DNA from: Escherichia phage GoldenSnicker
DNA: 64,000 nt
Direction: 5' to 3' (one strand)
Sequence record: OR896832.1
Under the pieces are notes generated by a model. The model saw only the letters and a program-made list of their open reading frames with translations. It was not told the DNA's origin and searched no databases. Every line of letters begins with the position of its first letter. Positions within the stretch are counted from its first letter, which is position 1. The translations under genes and the position numbers were made by a program. Below are positions 54,779-64,000 of the stretch, piece by piece.

Positions 54779-55303
54779 TTAGTAGCCGCGTTCTTGACGG
54801 GCGAAGTTTTCAGCATTTTTCAGATAGTACAGAATAAAGAGTTCTTGAGCGTCAATACCCAGCGGGATCATCTTTGACAGAATGAAGTGGATCGCGTCCA
54901 CAAATTCAAATTTCACTTCAAGCTGATCTTCTGGTGACAGTTCAGAGAATTTACGCGCTCGCGCTTCCCCGTGGTTCTTTTTCCACATTTTCCAGATTGC
55001 ACTTGCATCTTTACCATTGGACATTCCACCCAGCGATGTGTAAAGCTCTCGTGTTTCGTCTGCGATAGCGTCATCCATCCGTTGCATCCAATCCAGCATT
55101 TCACCGCAAGTCTCTAGCTTAGTTGGATTTGGGACCCAATCAAATTTTTCGGATAATGCAACCTGCAAACCAGTTTGCATTTCGAGCATCACCTGAAACG
55201 GATCTTTACCTTCTGCAATAGCGTGATGATATGCGGCGATAGCCGCGTTAATATCTTTTTCGTTAACCAGACCAGCACAAGAATTAAATTCTGACATATT
55301 CAC
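54779..55303 (-). CDS. 56: dCTP pyrophosphatase (dCTPase/dUTPase)
   Basis: 174 aa; position before gene 61 and size as T4 gp56. Confidence 0.7.
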   Translation of the reverse strand: MNMSEFNSCAGLVNEKDINAAIAAYHHAIAEGKDPFQVMLEMQTGLQVALSEKFDWVPNPTKLETCGEMLDWMQRMDDAIADETRELYTSLGGMSNGKDASAIWKMWKKNHGEARARKFSELSPEDQLEVKFEFVDAIHFILSKMIPLGIDAQELFILYYLKNAENFARQERGY

Positions 55304-55311
55304 CTCATTAA

Positions 55312-56340
55312 TTAAAATTTACAATATTTCATAAACCGCATTTTAGCCATCAGACCTTGTACGGTGTTCTCTTTGATGTATTCCATGATCTGGTCGCGTG
55401 TAGCGCCCTCGTCCTGAATCATGGCGTTAACGTCTTTAGAATGCCACGGGCAGCGATCCCACAAAACAATCTTTTCCCCTGCATTGATAAACTTTTCCAG
55501 TCGGTGCATTGTATCGGCAGACCGTGGTTCCGCATCAAGTACAAACACTCGCTGATCAGGGAAAGGAATTTCATCTAATCCCAAAGTACCGCCAGTAATT
55601 GCACACCCGTTATCAATAAACAATGAATCGATCGGACCTTCTAAGAAATACACTGGCCTACTCGGATCGGCGCGTTCAAGACCATAGACCTTACTCGCTA
55701 ACTCATGAGTTTTAATCGTCATATATTTGGTCTTTCCGTAATCCTTTCTCAATGCTCGCCCCTGAATGGATTCTATCTTGTTCTCGCGGTTAAAGATAGG
55801 AATCACTAAACGCGGTTCAGGTTGTGGATTCTTGAAAGTATCAGCCTTAATGTGATTTGCTACCTTTTGCCATTCTCTCGTGAAATACAGAAGATCCCAT
55901 TTATCGTGGGGAATGCAACGATCACTGACATACTTTATTATAGGATGATTAGCCGGAAGAGTATCTAATCTCTCGCAGAAAGGCAATGTTTGCACTTTCT
56001 TAATCTCCGGCTTTTCTACCTTTTTCAGTGGCTTGAACGTGGTGTTCTTGTGGTCGCCTTGTTCCTTCCGTCGTTCCATAAGCCATTCCCTGAATAGGTC
56101 CGGCTTATATTGTTTAAGAAATTCACCTAACGGCTGATTGTAGTTACAGTTGAAACAACCACAACGCAAACTATCCTTATAGGTATAGATACGGAATCGC
56201 GCTTGAGTATGATTTTTCTTTGAGTCACCGCAGATCGGACAACTACAGACCAGCGTAAATGAGCTAGTATGCAACCGTTTAAAATTTCGTTCGCCGTATA
56301 TGGCTTTTTCCGCTATTTCATAATCTGCGTAGTAAATCAT
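55312..56340 (-). CDS. 61: DNA primase
   Basis: 342 aa, same as T4 gp61; zinc-binding CPICGDS...CFNCN and TOPRIM-like region. Confidence 0.85.
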   Translation of the reverse strand: MIYYADYEIAEKAIYGERNFKRLHTSSFTLVCSCPICGDSKKNHTQARFRIYTYKDSLRCGCFNCNYNQPLGEFLKQYKPDLFREWLMERRKEQGDHKNTTFKPLKKVEKPEIKKVQTLPFCERLDTLPANHPIIKYVSDRCIPHDKWDLLYFTREWQKVANHIKADTFKNPQPEPRLVIPIFNRENKIESIQGRALRKDYGKTKYMTIKTHELASKVYGLERADPSRPVYFLEGPIDSLFIDNGCAITGGTLGLDEIPFPDQRVFVLDAEPRSADTMHRLEKFINAGEKIVLWDRCPWHSKDVNAMIQDEGATRDQIMEYIKENTVQGLMAKMRFMKYCKF

Positions 56341-56349
56341 AATAACCTC

Positions 56350-56553
56350 TTATAGCTCAAATTTCATGAAAGTTCCTACACTTTCATTTTCATTCTCTCC
56401 GTTTTCATCTAAGCCAAATTTATAGACACTACCATCTGGCGATGTGTAAGAGAATACACGAAAACGGCCTACCGGGTCAAGTTCTGTAAATTCATATTCT
56501 TTTCCGGCTTCAAAAAGTGCATATGTGCTTTTAAGACATTTCATCGTAATCAT
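56350..56553 (-). CDS. hypothetical small protein
   Basis: 67-aa ORF; start overlaps upstream stop (ATGA). Confidence 0.4.
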   Translation of the reverse strand: MITMKCLKSTYALFEAGKEYEFTELDPVGRFRVFSYTSPDGSVYKFGLDENGENENESVGTFMKFEL

Positions 56554-56693
56554 TTAAGTGCCACCGACAACAGAATGAGAACTACACCAACATACATTGT
56601 GATCTCGGATAACTTTTCTGTTTTTGTTTTGTGTCCAGATAATCCGAAAACAACAACACCGACAATAGCGGACAGCAAGCCAACGATAAACAT
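56550..56693 (-). CDS. small two-helix membrane protein
   Basis: hand translation MFIVGLLSAIVGVVVFGLSGHKTKTEKLSEITMYVGVVLILLSVALK (47 aa); possible GTG start at 56708. Confidence 0.45.
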   Translation of the reverse strand: MFIVGLLSAIVGVVVFGLSGHKTKTEKLSEITMYVGVVLILLSVALK

Positions 56694-56700
56694 GATGATA

Positions 56701-56877
56701 CTAAGCACCGTCTTTCTCCTTTTTGCGTTTTTCTTTACCCGCTACACTAGGTCCACGATTGGTAATAGATCCGCTCGTTTCACCTGCTGCGATCTTCTCA
56801 GGATTGCCGCCAGCATCGCCAGCGGTCATATCTTCTTTGAGTTTATTTTCTTCAACAAACTGTTTAAATCCAATCAT
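56701..56877 (-). CDS. hypothetical small protein
   Basis: 58 aa, hand translated, Gly/Lys-rich; start overlaps upstream stop (ATGA). Confidence 0.4.
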   Translation of the reverse strand: MIGFKQFVEENKLKEDMTAGDAGGNPEKIAAGETSGSITNRGPSVAGKEKRKKEKDGA

Positions 56878-57251
56878 AGAATAATCTCTTTCAGTAAGTC
56901 AACAATCTGGTCTTTCGTCAGTTTATCCTGATTCTCTACAATCTTGATAACACAAGCGTTAACATCTTTGCGAGTCACTCGGGAGATCGTTTTAATACGA
57001 TGAAACGGTTCGTAGAAATATACTGCTTCATTATAGAGCGCAGCAATTTTTCGACGCATTTGATCTTTATCTGACAAGAAAACAAGTGCTGTTTTATGAC
57101 CTTCTACACCCGCCACGTTATATAGTTCAGCAACACCCCAGCGACCTTCCGGTTCAATCATTCCGGCGTGTTTACCGTCGATAAAAATAAGAATATCTCC
57201 GTTGAATGCGGTTTTGAATGCTACATCTTCCGGCGTAATCATATTTTTCAT
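56874..57251 (-). CDS. hypothetical protein
   Basis: 125-aa ORF. Confidence 0.45.
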   Translation of the reverse strand: MKNMITPEDVAFKTAFNGDILIFIDGKHAGMIEPEGRWGVAELYNVAGVEGHKTALVFLSDKDQMRRKIAALYNEAVYFYEPFHRIKTISRVTRKDVNACVIKIVENQDKLTKDQIVDLLKEIIL

Positions 57252-57281
57252 AATATCGTCTCCTTAGAGTTTCATTATAGA

Positions 57282-57917
57282 TCAAGCGAATGTAGAAAGC
57301 AAACGTTTTGTTTCTTTCAGTTGTCGTTCAAGATCTTTGCGTTTCTCTTTAAGTTGCATTTTAGCATTATTTCGCTGTTTTTCAACATCTTTATCAATGC
57401 TCTTATTCCAGTTATCAATATCAGAATAAGTTGGTATACCCAATTCTAGACCTAATGCGGTTGGATACAGGGTAACAGTCCATAAACCGCTAATCTTCTT
57501 AAATAGGTCGGGGTGTAGTGTACTATCTACATCTTCCGGTGTCAACTCTTTTTCTTCTTTCAGTGGTGGGATCTCGTCATATGGTTCCAGTGCATTTACT
57601 TTAATATCAGATACCTCATCAAAGAATCCGCGTACATCCGCAGGAAATACACAAGCAATTTCCCAACCGTGATCACGCAGAGAAGTAATATTTTTCACTC
57701 CCCCACCATGTGTGATGATTGATGTGACATTGCCATCAAGGTCCACCGAATTTACGAGAAATGGCTTATCGTCTGTCAGATCATTATAAAACTGTGCTTC
57801 GGCTGTAGTCATCTCCAGAAACAGATCTCGGATCGGACGACCATCAGGTGCGTTACCTTCCTTGAGAGTATAAAAGCGACTTACGATCCATTTTGGCGGT
57901 AAAGCATTAGCGATCAT
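57282..57917 (-). CDS. hypothetical protein
   Basis: 211-aa ORF between genes 61 and 41; similar in size to T4 61.2. Confidence 0.45.
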   Translation of the reverse strand: MIANALPPKWIVSRFYTLKEGNAPDGRPIRDLFLEMTTAEAQFYNDLTDDKPFLVNSVDLDGNVTSIITHGGGVKNITSLRDHGWEIACVFPADVRGFFDEVSDIKVNALEPYDEIPPLKEEKELTPEDVDSTLHPDLFKKISGLWTVTLYPTALGLELGIPTYSDIDNWNKSIDKDVEKQRNNAKMQLKEKRKDLERQLKETKRLLSTFA

Positions 57918-57967
57918 GTTATATCTCCTATCAAATCATTCACCAGCGCCCCGCAGGGCGCATTTTA

Positions 57968-59380
57968 TTAGAAAGTCATGTTATTTGCTAGCTCGTCGAG
58001 TTTTTCTCGTTTCTCGGCTTGCTGTGCGCTTTGTGGTTTAACTTGTGCATTCTCCTGATCTGCGATCTGGTTTGGTACTTCATACCAACGCTGATTGCCT
58101 TTTTTCACACCAACGTTAAACCGTGAATAATAGTTCTTATCACCGTAACGAGACTTGATCTGCTTCATGAGTTGGACGCCCATTTTAGCCAGGTCTTCGG
58201 TTTCGATAACACCCAACATAAAGTCGGCAGTAGCCGGAAGACCTGCTGATTCAGCGGTATCACTCATGTTAAGGTCGGAAGCATCCCAACCCGCGCGGGT
58301 AGTCTGTGCCGCAGTCCAACCAACAACATCCCACTTAACAAAAAATCCTCGCAGTTCTTCCGCAATCGCCTTAACTAGTGTGTAACTATTTTCAGAGTAT
58401 ACACGCAAGCGAGACGATGCGCAAATCCCCAGATAGTCAACAATCACAACATCAGGTTTAAACTGTTTCTTGAGTCGCAATTCATTCATTAACGCCTCAA
58501 AGTGATTGGAGTTCGCGCCACCAGTCGGATACTGCTTGATCATCAATTTTCCAACCGGACGATCTCCGATCTTCTTATTCTTAACACGCTTCATACGTGC
58601 GGAATATTCCGCAAAAGAAACATTACCATTATCCAATTCATCTAATGTAATGTCAAGCAAGTTTGCGTCGATACGTTTGGCTACGACATGCTCTGCCATC
58701 TCCATTGAGATATACAATACATCATAACCACATTCCATATAATCCGCAGCAAGAGAACATAATCCAAGCGATTTACCAACATTTACACCAGCAAGCAACA
58801 CATTTAGCGTTTTTCTTTCCGCACCTCCTTTCGTGATTTTATTCAACATCGGCAGCTTAAACGGGATCTTATTCGCCTTAGTCTGATATAGCAAGAATCG
58901 TTTTTCAAAGTCATTAAACCAGTCATGACCTACATCAGAATCAAACGTAATGGATAGTGCTTCCTGCATGATCTCAGGAATAGCACCCTCACTCGGCAAT
59001 TTCTTATTCTGTTTCTCTTTTGGTAGTTGTGCGTTCGCCTGAATCTCTAGCGCCCGTGACATTGCATTATACATGGCACGGTCACGAATAAATTTTTCGG
59101 TTTCCTTCATTAACCAATCAAGGTCTTCCGGTGTATTCTCAAGCGAATCAAGAAGAGTTTTAGCCCCTTCATATGTTGTCTGATTGCCTCTCTCCTTGTC
59201 TAAAGCAATCTGTAATGCAGTTGGCGTAGGAATGTTGGAATATTCGTCTACGTGCTTTTTAATCAGCTTATAAATCAGTTTTTCTTCGTCTTCGGTGAAG
59301 TAGTCCGCTTTAAGGTGAGGCCATACATTCGTAAAGAATGCGCCATTGTAAATCAACTGTGAAAAGATAGTTTTAATCAT
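57968..59380 (-). CDS. 41: replicative DNA helicase (DnaB-like)
   Basis: 470 aa; Walker A GVNVGKS; position and size as T4 gp41. Confidence 0.85.
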   Translation of the reverse strand: MIKTIFSQLIYNGAFFTNVWPHLKADYFTEDEEKLIYKLIKKHVDEYSNIPTPTALQIALDKERGNQTTYEGAKTLLDSLENTPEDLDWLMKETEKFIRDRAMYNAMSRALEIQANAQLPKEKQNKKLPSEGAIPEIMQEALSITFDSDVGHDWFNDFEKRFLLYQTKANKIPFKLPMLNKITKGGAERKTLNVLLAGVNVGKSLGLCSLAADYMECGYDVLYISMEMAEHVVAKRIDANLLDITLDELDNGNVSFAEYSARMKRVKNKKIGDRPVGKLMIKQYPTGGANSNHFEALMNELRLKKQFKPDVVIVDYLGICASSRLRVYSENSYTLVKAIAEELRGFFVKWDVVGWTAAQTTRAGWDASDLNMSDTAESAGLPATADFMLGVIETEDLAKMGVQLMKQIKSRYGDKNYYSRFNVGVKKGNQRWYEVPNQIADQENAQVKPQSAQQAEKREKLDELANNMTF

Positions 59381-59694
59381 ACATAGCCCCCAACTACACG
59401 CATAACAAAGGTCTTGAGTTTATACCAGAAAGTTTCTTTTTTCAACTTTTCTTCTGCTTCTTTGATCTGCGCGGTTAACGCCTTAATGACGTGTGGATAT
59501 ACCACATCACGATCTGACGGCGTGGAGTAGTCGACCACAATACCTTTAGTGTCTGGATCGTATTCAACATTATGAATATAGACAATATGATGCTCTCCCT
59601 CTTCATCAACAATTATCAATTCCTGAATAACTGTCTTCATTGCTTCTTGAATCAAGCCGTGTGCTTCTTCTAAACTTGTTGGTTTCTTATCCAT
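59377..59694 (-). CDS. gp40-like protein (head vertex assembly chaperone)
   Basis: 105 aa between 41 and uvsX; hydrophobic C-terminus; assigned by synteny. Confidence 0.4.
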   Translation of the reverse strand: MDKKPTSLEEAHGLIQEAMKTVIQELIIVDEEGEHHIVYIHNVEYDPDTKGIVVDYSTPSDRDVVYPHVIKALTAQIKEAEEKLKKETFWYKLKTFVMRVVGGYV

Positions 59695-59718
59695 AATATA
59701 ATCCTCTCTAGATATGAA

Positions 59719-59745
59719 AAAGGGGCACGTAGCCCCTTTACTACC
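59719..59745 (-). terminator. rho-independent terminator
   Basis: hairpin ggggc-tacgt-gcccc followed by UUUUU on minus strand, after uvsX. Confidence 0.55.
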
Positions 59746-59749
59746 ATTG

Positions 59750-60820
59750 TTATGCTAACATATCTTCGATTTCTTTGTCAACTGCTTCGTCGCTGATCAC
59801 TTGCCCCAGCTTATAATGATCGTTGATTGCTTCGTTAAACTTATCGTTTGTCAGAAGCGGTTTCCAGAACTCAATGCTATTGGTTTCTTTAGCACGGAAC
59901 TTGCGTTCTTCGGTTTCCATCTCTCCGGTCTCAGTATTCAGGATTGAACGAGAATACCAGCCGTTTGACGGTTTCACTACCCAACCTAACTCTACAGCCA
60001 ACTCCAGCAAACCGGAATAAGGATCGATGCCACCGCTAAATGTTACGCTAATCGGGAACTTAGATTTTTCTTTAACGGTTCGTGATTTTTCCGCATTCAG
60101 GATAAAATCATAACCAGTAATTTCGGTTCCTTCTTTCTGCTGACGACGACCAATAATGAAAACTTCATTGGCTGAATACATCGCGCCCGTACCGCCGGAC
60201 ATAACGGTCTTACTAAACATTTCTTGTGTTTCGTAAGTGTGGTTAATAGCGATGCACGGGATATCATTCATAGTCAGATATGGCGTCACCATACGGAACA
60301 AGCCTTTAAGTGCTTTAGCTCGCGTCATATCCTGTGCAGATTTCTCATTAATCGCGTCTTCAACTTCTTTTTTACTTGCTAAGTTACCGATTGAGTCAAT
60401 AAAGATGATCACTTTATCTTCACGGGTAATTTGCTCAAGCTGGTTCATGATTTCAAATTTAAGTTCTTCGATGTTCTTGATTGGAACATGCACCACGCGA
60501 TCAGGGTCTACACCCATAGACTCCAGATATGCGGAAGTAATACCAAACTCAGAATCAAAGAACAAGCACGCCGCATCAGGATTCTGTTTCATGTATGCAC
60601 TAACGCAAGTTAATCCCATGTTTGATTTAAAGTGCTTAGACGGACCAGCAAAGAAAATCAGACCAGATTGAAAGCCTTTTTTAAGATCACCTGAAAACGC
60701 AATATTCAGCATCGGGATCTTAGTGCGAGTATTTGTTTTTTCGTTAAAGAAGCTGGATTTAGACAGTACCGCAGTAGTTTTCAGGGTAGAGTTCTTTTTC
60801 AGTTTTTCCAGTACAGACAT
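59750..60820 (-). CDS. uvsX: RecA-like recombinase UvsX
   Basis: 356 aa; Walker A GPSKHFKS; colinear with T4 UvsX. Confidence 0.85.
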   Translation of the reverse strand: MSVLEKLKKNSTLKTTAVLSKSSFFNEKTNTRTKIPMLNIAFSGDLKKGFQSGLIFFAGPSKHFKSNMGLTCVSAYMKQNPDAACLFFDSEFGITSAYLESMGVDPDRVVHVPIKNIEELKFEIMNQLEQITREDKVIIFIDSIGNLASKKEVEDAINEKSAQDMTRAKALKGLFRMVTPYLTMNDIPCIAINHTYETQEMFSKTVMSGGTGAMYSANEVFIIGRRQQKEGTEITGYDFILNAEKSRTVKEKSKFPISVTFSGGIDPYSGLLELAVELGWVVKPSNGWYSRSILNTETGEMETEERKFRAKETNSIEFWKPLLTNDKFNEAINDHYKLGQVISDEAVDKEIEDMLA

Positions 60821-60831
60821 TATTAATACCT

Positions 60832-61020
60832 CTATTCAGTTAATCCGTAATACTTTAATTGCTTCATTGTTATTCGATCTTTGTAGTGCTCTTGAATTAA
60901 CTTTTTCATCGCATCAACATCGATCGTCACAAATACTTCGTTGCTGTGATTTCCGTGAACTTTCTTGAAATGCTCTATGCCTTCCTCACGTTCACGTTTA
61001 ATCTTTTCAATGTCTCTCAT
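60832..61020 (-). CDS. hypothetical small protein
   Basis: 62 aa from internal ATG; the only ORF between uvsX and gene 43. Confidence 0.4.
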   Translation of the reverse strand: MRDIEKIKREREEGIEHFKKVHGNHSNEVFVTIDVDAMKKLIQEHYKDRITMKQLKYYGLTE

Positions 61021-61081
61021 CGTATATTTCTCACGTTGGCGGGTATCGTCACCCAACACCCGCCATTATACACACTTTATC

Positions 61082-63760
61082 TTAAATGTCAAACAGGTCA
61101 GTCAGAGAAGCAACTTTCTCATATTGCAGCTTTGCAGCCGTGGTAATGTTCTCCAGTGGTTTGACGAAAGTCTTATTAAACAACAAAGGCCAGTCTAACC
61201 ACTTTAACACCTCTGATTCAATTTCTGGTGGAATACGAGTACCGGACAACCAACCAAAACAGATTTCTCCAAACGGATTTCGATCTTTCAGCGGTACAAT
61301 CATAACCTTCTCGCCCTCACGAATCGGATCTAGTCCAAATTTTCGAGCATTACGATTATAACACAATACACTCTTAACCGCATACGGACAACCCTTAATC
61401 GGATACCCGTTTGAATCGCTGTATTTCTGTAGGTTGTTTGCAGATGATACCGCAGCAACATCAAGATAGTCAAGTTTTCTAAATTCTTGCTCAAAAATAC
61501 CGTAGTATTCCTGCAATGACTCTTCCCCTTCCTGCAACATACGGCGAATACATTCTTTCAGTGATTTCTGACATGCTTTAGGGGTGGAGCTACGTTGCGT
61601 TTCCAAGCCCATGATTTTTAGCTTAGGTTCAGCAAAGCGCGTTCCTTCCATATCCCAAACATTAAGAGCATAACGTTTTTTGCCAGTCCAGAATCCACCG
61701 ATACCCGCAGATTTCAACGGAGGACCAGCAATTGCCTCGCGGTCCATAAACATCAAGTGCTCATAGTTGTTCATGTACTCGCATAACTCGCGATATCCCT
61801 TGTCGATAATAGGTTCCATTCGATGTTTACCGAAATTATCAAGGAAGTCAACAAGTTTTTCGGTATCGTCGAAACGGTCTTCCCCGCCAACCTTATCAAC
61901 AACATTGTTAACCAGCACATAAACGGAGTCAGTATCACAATAACGAACATATGCAAAATCGGTTGTTCCGCAAAGCTCGTTTAAGTATTCGTTAATCTTA
62001 CGCTCAATCCACTGAATTGCAAGCTGACCAAACAAGGTGATCGCACTAGCGTTACGGAGATCATAAAAACGGAATTTAGGATTCCCCAACGCACCATAAA
62101 GGGAGTTGATCAAAACTTTACGAGAAAGCTGGTTTGTATTGCACAAGATCGACTCGTCTTTACATTCTTCCAGCAATTTCTCTAAGGCATCTTTACTTAA
62201 TTCAGAAAGCATCGATTTAAACGCTTCATCAAAGTCGTGACGCACTTCAACGCTATAGCTAATGGTCCCCCCATAAACATGATTTTCATCGTGTAGAATC
62301 GCTTTACATAGTTCAGCATTGCGATCACATGCCAACATCATGTTTTTGTACTGCTTACGCTGATCGAATACCTTTTTAATCTCAATCGGTACGATACCAT
62401 GAATATCTTTTCGATACATCCATCCGTTAGGCGAGCAAGAATACTCATCACTCGGACGTGGTGCAGTTTTATTGATATACTCGTGCATCGGTGCAGCATC
62501 AAAAGATCCGGCGATTGTTTCCGGCGAAATATTAACCTGTCGAATAATAGATGGATACAGACTTGTTAAGTCAAAGCTCATCATCCAACGGTAAGCATTA
62601 GGTACTGGCTCTTTTACAAATGCGCCCGGATAAGTCTGCTTAGGCTGTATCTTGTTCTCCGGTACTACTTTACCCTCAGCTTTCAGAGATCCGAAAATAA
62701 TAGCATCCCATACTTTCATCGGGTTATAAACATGGTTAAATTTAATCTTTGCATAGAAACATAGACTATACACAAGATCGATAAATCCACGCTTTTTATC
62801 AATCGCCAGCACACGATCAACGTCGCCGATGTTATAATCGATGTAAAGTTGATGGTTATCATCACGCAATTTCTTTAACGGACCATCATAATCAACCTTA
62901 CCGATTCCTGTCTCATATTCAGCAACATAATCTAATGCATATGTTGGTTGAGTAGTAAAGCTAAATTTCTTGTACAGGTCAATATAATCAAGGCTTTCGA
63001 TCCCCATGATCGTAAATGCTTCACGCTCGTTGCCAAAATCATCCTGTGAGATTCGGGATTTAATCTTACCGCACGGGCTTAGACGGTTAGCGGTTCTACT
63101 TCCGAACTTATTGCTGATACGTTTAATGATATATGGAATATCGAATGTTTCTGTGTTCCAGCCAGTGAAACCAACTGGTCGGTTTTCCTCAAAGAATCGG
63201 ATGTATTCTAACAGCAATTCATCTTCTGTGTCATAGACGTTATAAACAACGCGCTCTACAATATCAGGTCGAAGAATAGACTTGCTTGCTTCCCAGATTT
63301 CACCGTTTTTTCCTTTCAAATCAAATACAAAGAAACGATCATGTACGGAATCATAATGCGTAATTGCATCGATAGGATATTTCGCTTCTTCTGGTTTAGG
63401 AAATTCCGGTGCAGTGACCTCGATATCAACCCATGCTACACGGATTTTATTTCGGTCATATCGAATCTCGCCTTTATATGTATCGGACAGATAGGAGATG
63501 ATAAAATCATCCATCCCTAGTGCCTCCTGCCCCATTTCTCCCATCTTTTTACGCCATTTGTTGGCCTCGTTCATAGATGGGAATTTTTTAGCAATGCAAG
63601 GCTTGCCGTAGATATCTTTATAATTCGTAACCATACCAGGCGCGGCATGATGAAATAAAGTTGGCGTATATTCAACGTAACGCTCTTGTTCTTGTCCAGC
63701 ATCATCAATATAACGCTCGTAGATCTTATCACCCACTCGCTCACATGACAGAAAATACAT
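61082..63760 (-). CDS. 43: DNA polymerase (family B)
   Basis: near-colinear with T4/RB69 gp43 (YGKPC, DAITHYDS exo motif, SLYPSII, YCDTDS); start set at MYFLSCE after GAAGGAG SD. Confidence 0.9.
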   Translation of the reverse strand: MYFLSCERVGDKIYERYIDDAGQEQERYVEYTPTLFHHAAPGMVTNYKDIYGKPCIAKKFPSMNEANKWRKKMGEMGQEALGMDDFIISYLSDTYKGEIRYDRNKIRVAWVDIEVTAPEFPKPEEAKYPIDAITHYDSVHDRFFVFDLKGKNGEIWEASKSILRPDIVERVVYNVYDTEDELLLEYIRFFEENRPVGFTGWNTETFDIPYIIKRISNKFGSRTANRLSPCGKIKSRISQDDFGNEREAFTIMGIESLDYIDLYKKFSFTTQPTYALDYVAEYETGIGKVDYDGPLKKLRDDNHQLYIDYNIGDVDRVLAIDKKRGFIDLVYSLCFYAKIKFNHVYNPMKVWDAIIFGSLKAEGKVVPENKIQPKQTYPGAFVKEPVPNAYRWMMSFDLTSLYPSIIRQVNISPETIAGSFDAAPMHEYINKTAPRPSDEYSCSPNGWMYRKDIHGIVPIEIKKVFDQRKQYKNMMLACDRNAELCKAILHDENHVYGGTISYSVEVRHDFDEAFKSMLSELSKDALEKLLEECKDESILCNTNQLSRKVLINSLYGALGNPKFRFYDLRNASAITLFGQLAIQWIERKINEYLNELCGTTDFAYVRYCDTDSVYVLVNNVVDKVGGEDRFDDTEKLVDFLDNFGKHRMEPIIDKGYRELCEYMNNYEHLMFMDREAIAGPPLKSAGIGGFWTGKKRYALNVWDMEGTRFAEPKLKIMGLETQRSSTPKACQKSLKECIRRMLQEGEESLQEYYGIFEQEFRKLDYLDVAAVSSANNLQKYSDSNGYPIKGCPYAVKSVLCYNRNARKFGLDPIREGEKVMIVPLKDRNPFGEICFGWLSGTRIPPEIESEVLKWLDWPLLFNKTFVKPLENITTAAKLQYEKVASLTDLFDI

Positions 63761-63842
63761 AATATAAACTCCTTCACTTACGAAAGACACTCATTATAGG
63801 GGAATCGACTTAGTTTGTCAATACCCCTATCCCATCAGTATC

Positions 63843-64000
63843 TTAGCGTCCGATCTGATATTTCTCGATCAGAGTCCACTCTTCTTTCTGTTTGAAAGAC
63901 AGTACACGGAAATTATTAACTTCGGTAGTTTCAAAATCACTATCAATCAGGGTACACAGATTCCACTGCGCCAGAAGTTTTGCAATGTTATTACGGCGTA
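63843..64000 (-). CDS. regA: translational repressor RegA, C-terminal part (5' end outside window)
   Basis: hand translation ends NNFRVLSFKQKEEWTLIEKYQIGR, matching the T4 RegA C-terminus NNFRVISFKQKHEWKLVPKYTIGN. Confidence 0.75.
   Translation of the reverse strand, partial: RRNNIAKLLAQWNLCTLIDSDFETTEVNNFRVLSFKQKEEWTLIEKYQIGR

Noticed and set aside
1-64000. tRNA or other structured RNA genes
   Set aside because: No cloverleaf-like conserved segments noticed by eye; cannot be fully excluded without a tRNA scan.

Overview
This window reads as a contiguous segment of a T4-like (T-even type) myovirus genome, running from DNA ligase (gp30) to DNA polymerase (gp43) and the 3' end of regA. Gene order is largely syntenic with T4. 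Early and middle genes sit on the minus strand: ligase, gp31, dCMP deaminase, PseT, spanins, RNA ligase 1, a DenA-like GIY-YIG nuclease, NrdB, NrdA, thymidylate synthase, DHFR, gp32, gp59, gp33, dsbA, RNase H, then topo II gp52, rIIB, rIIA, topo II gp39 (fused 39+60), DexA, Dda, a Mod-like ADP-ribosyltransferase, gp56, gp61, gp41, UvsX and gp43. The only plus-strand block is the late long-tail-fibre cluster gp34-gp35-gp36-gp37 plus holin t, with TATAAATA late promoters upstream of 34 and 36. Identifications were made by eye against remembered T4/E. coli sequences and motifs; no database search was run. Between the core genes are many small early ORFs, most preceded by a repeated early-promoter/stem-loop cassette (TTGACA, 17 bp, TATAAT-like, with an inverted repeat) and followed by hairpin terminators. 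The most interesting non-T4 content: a secreted DUF1311/LprI-like protein (39219-39977), a CYTH-like protein between dsbA and rnh (24551-25150), a protein with four zinc-ribbon repeats and a GIY-YIG-like C-terminus (21003-22181), a NADAR-like protein beside ligase (7221-7700), a six-member tandem paralog family (1259-4646), and a gp37 with a C-terminal self-cleaving chaperone domain and no gp38. No dCMP hydroxymethylase or glucosyltransferase lies between uvsX and gene 43, and the td and nrdB genes are uninterrupted (no introns). No tRNA, rRNA or CRISPR was seen.
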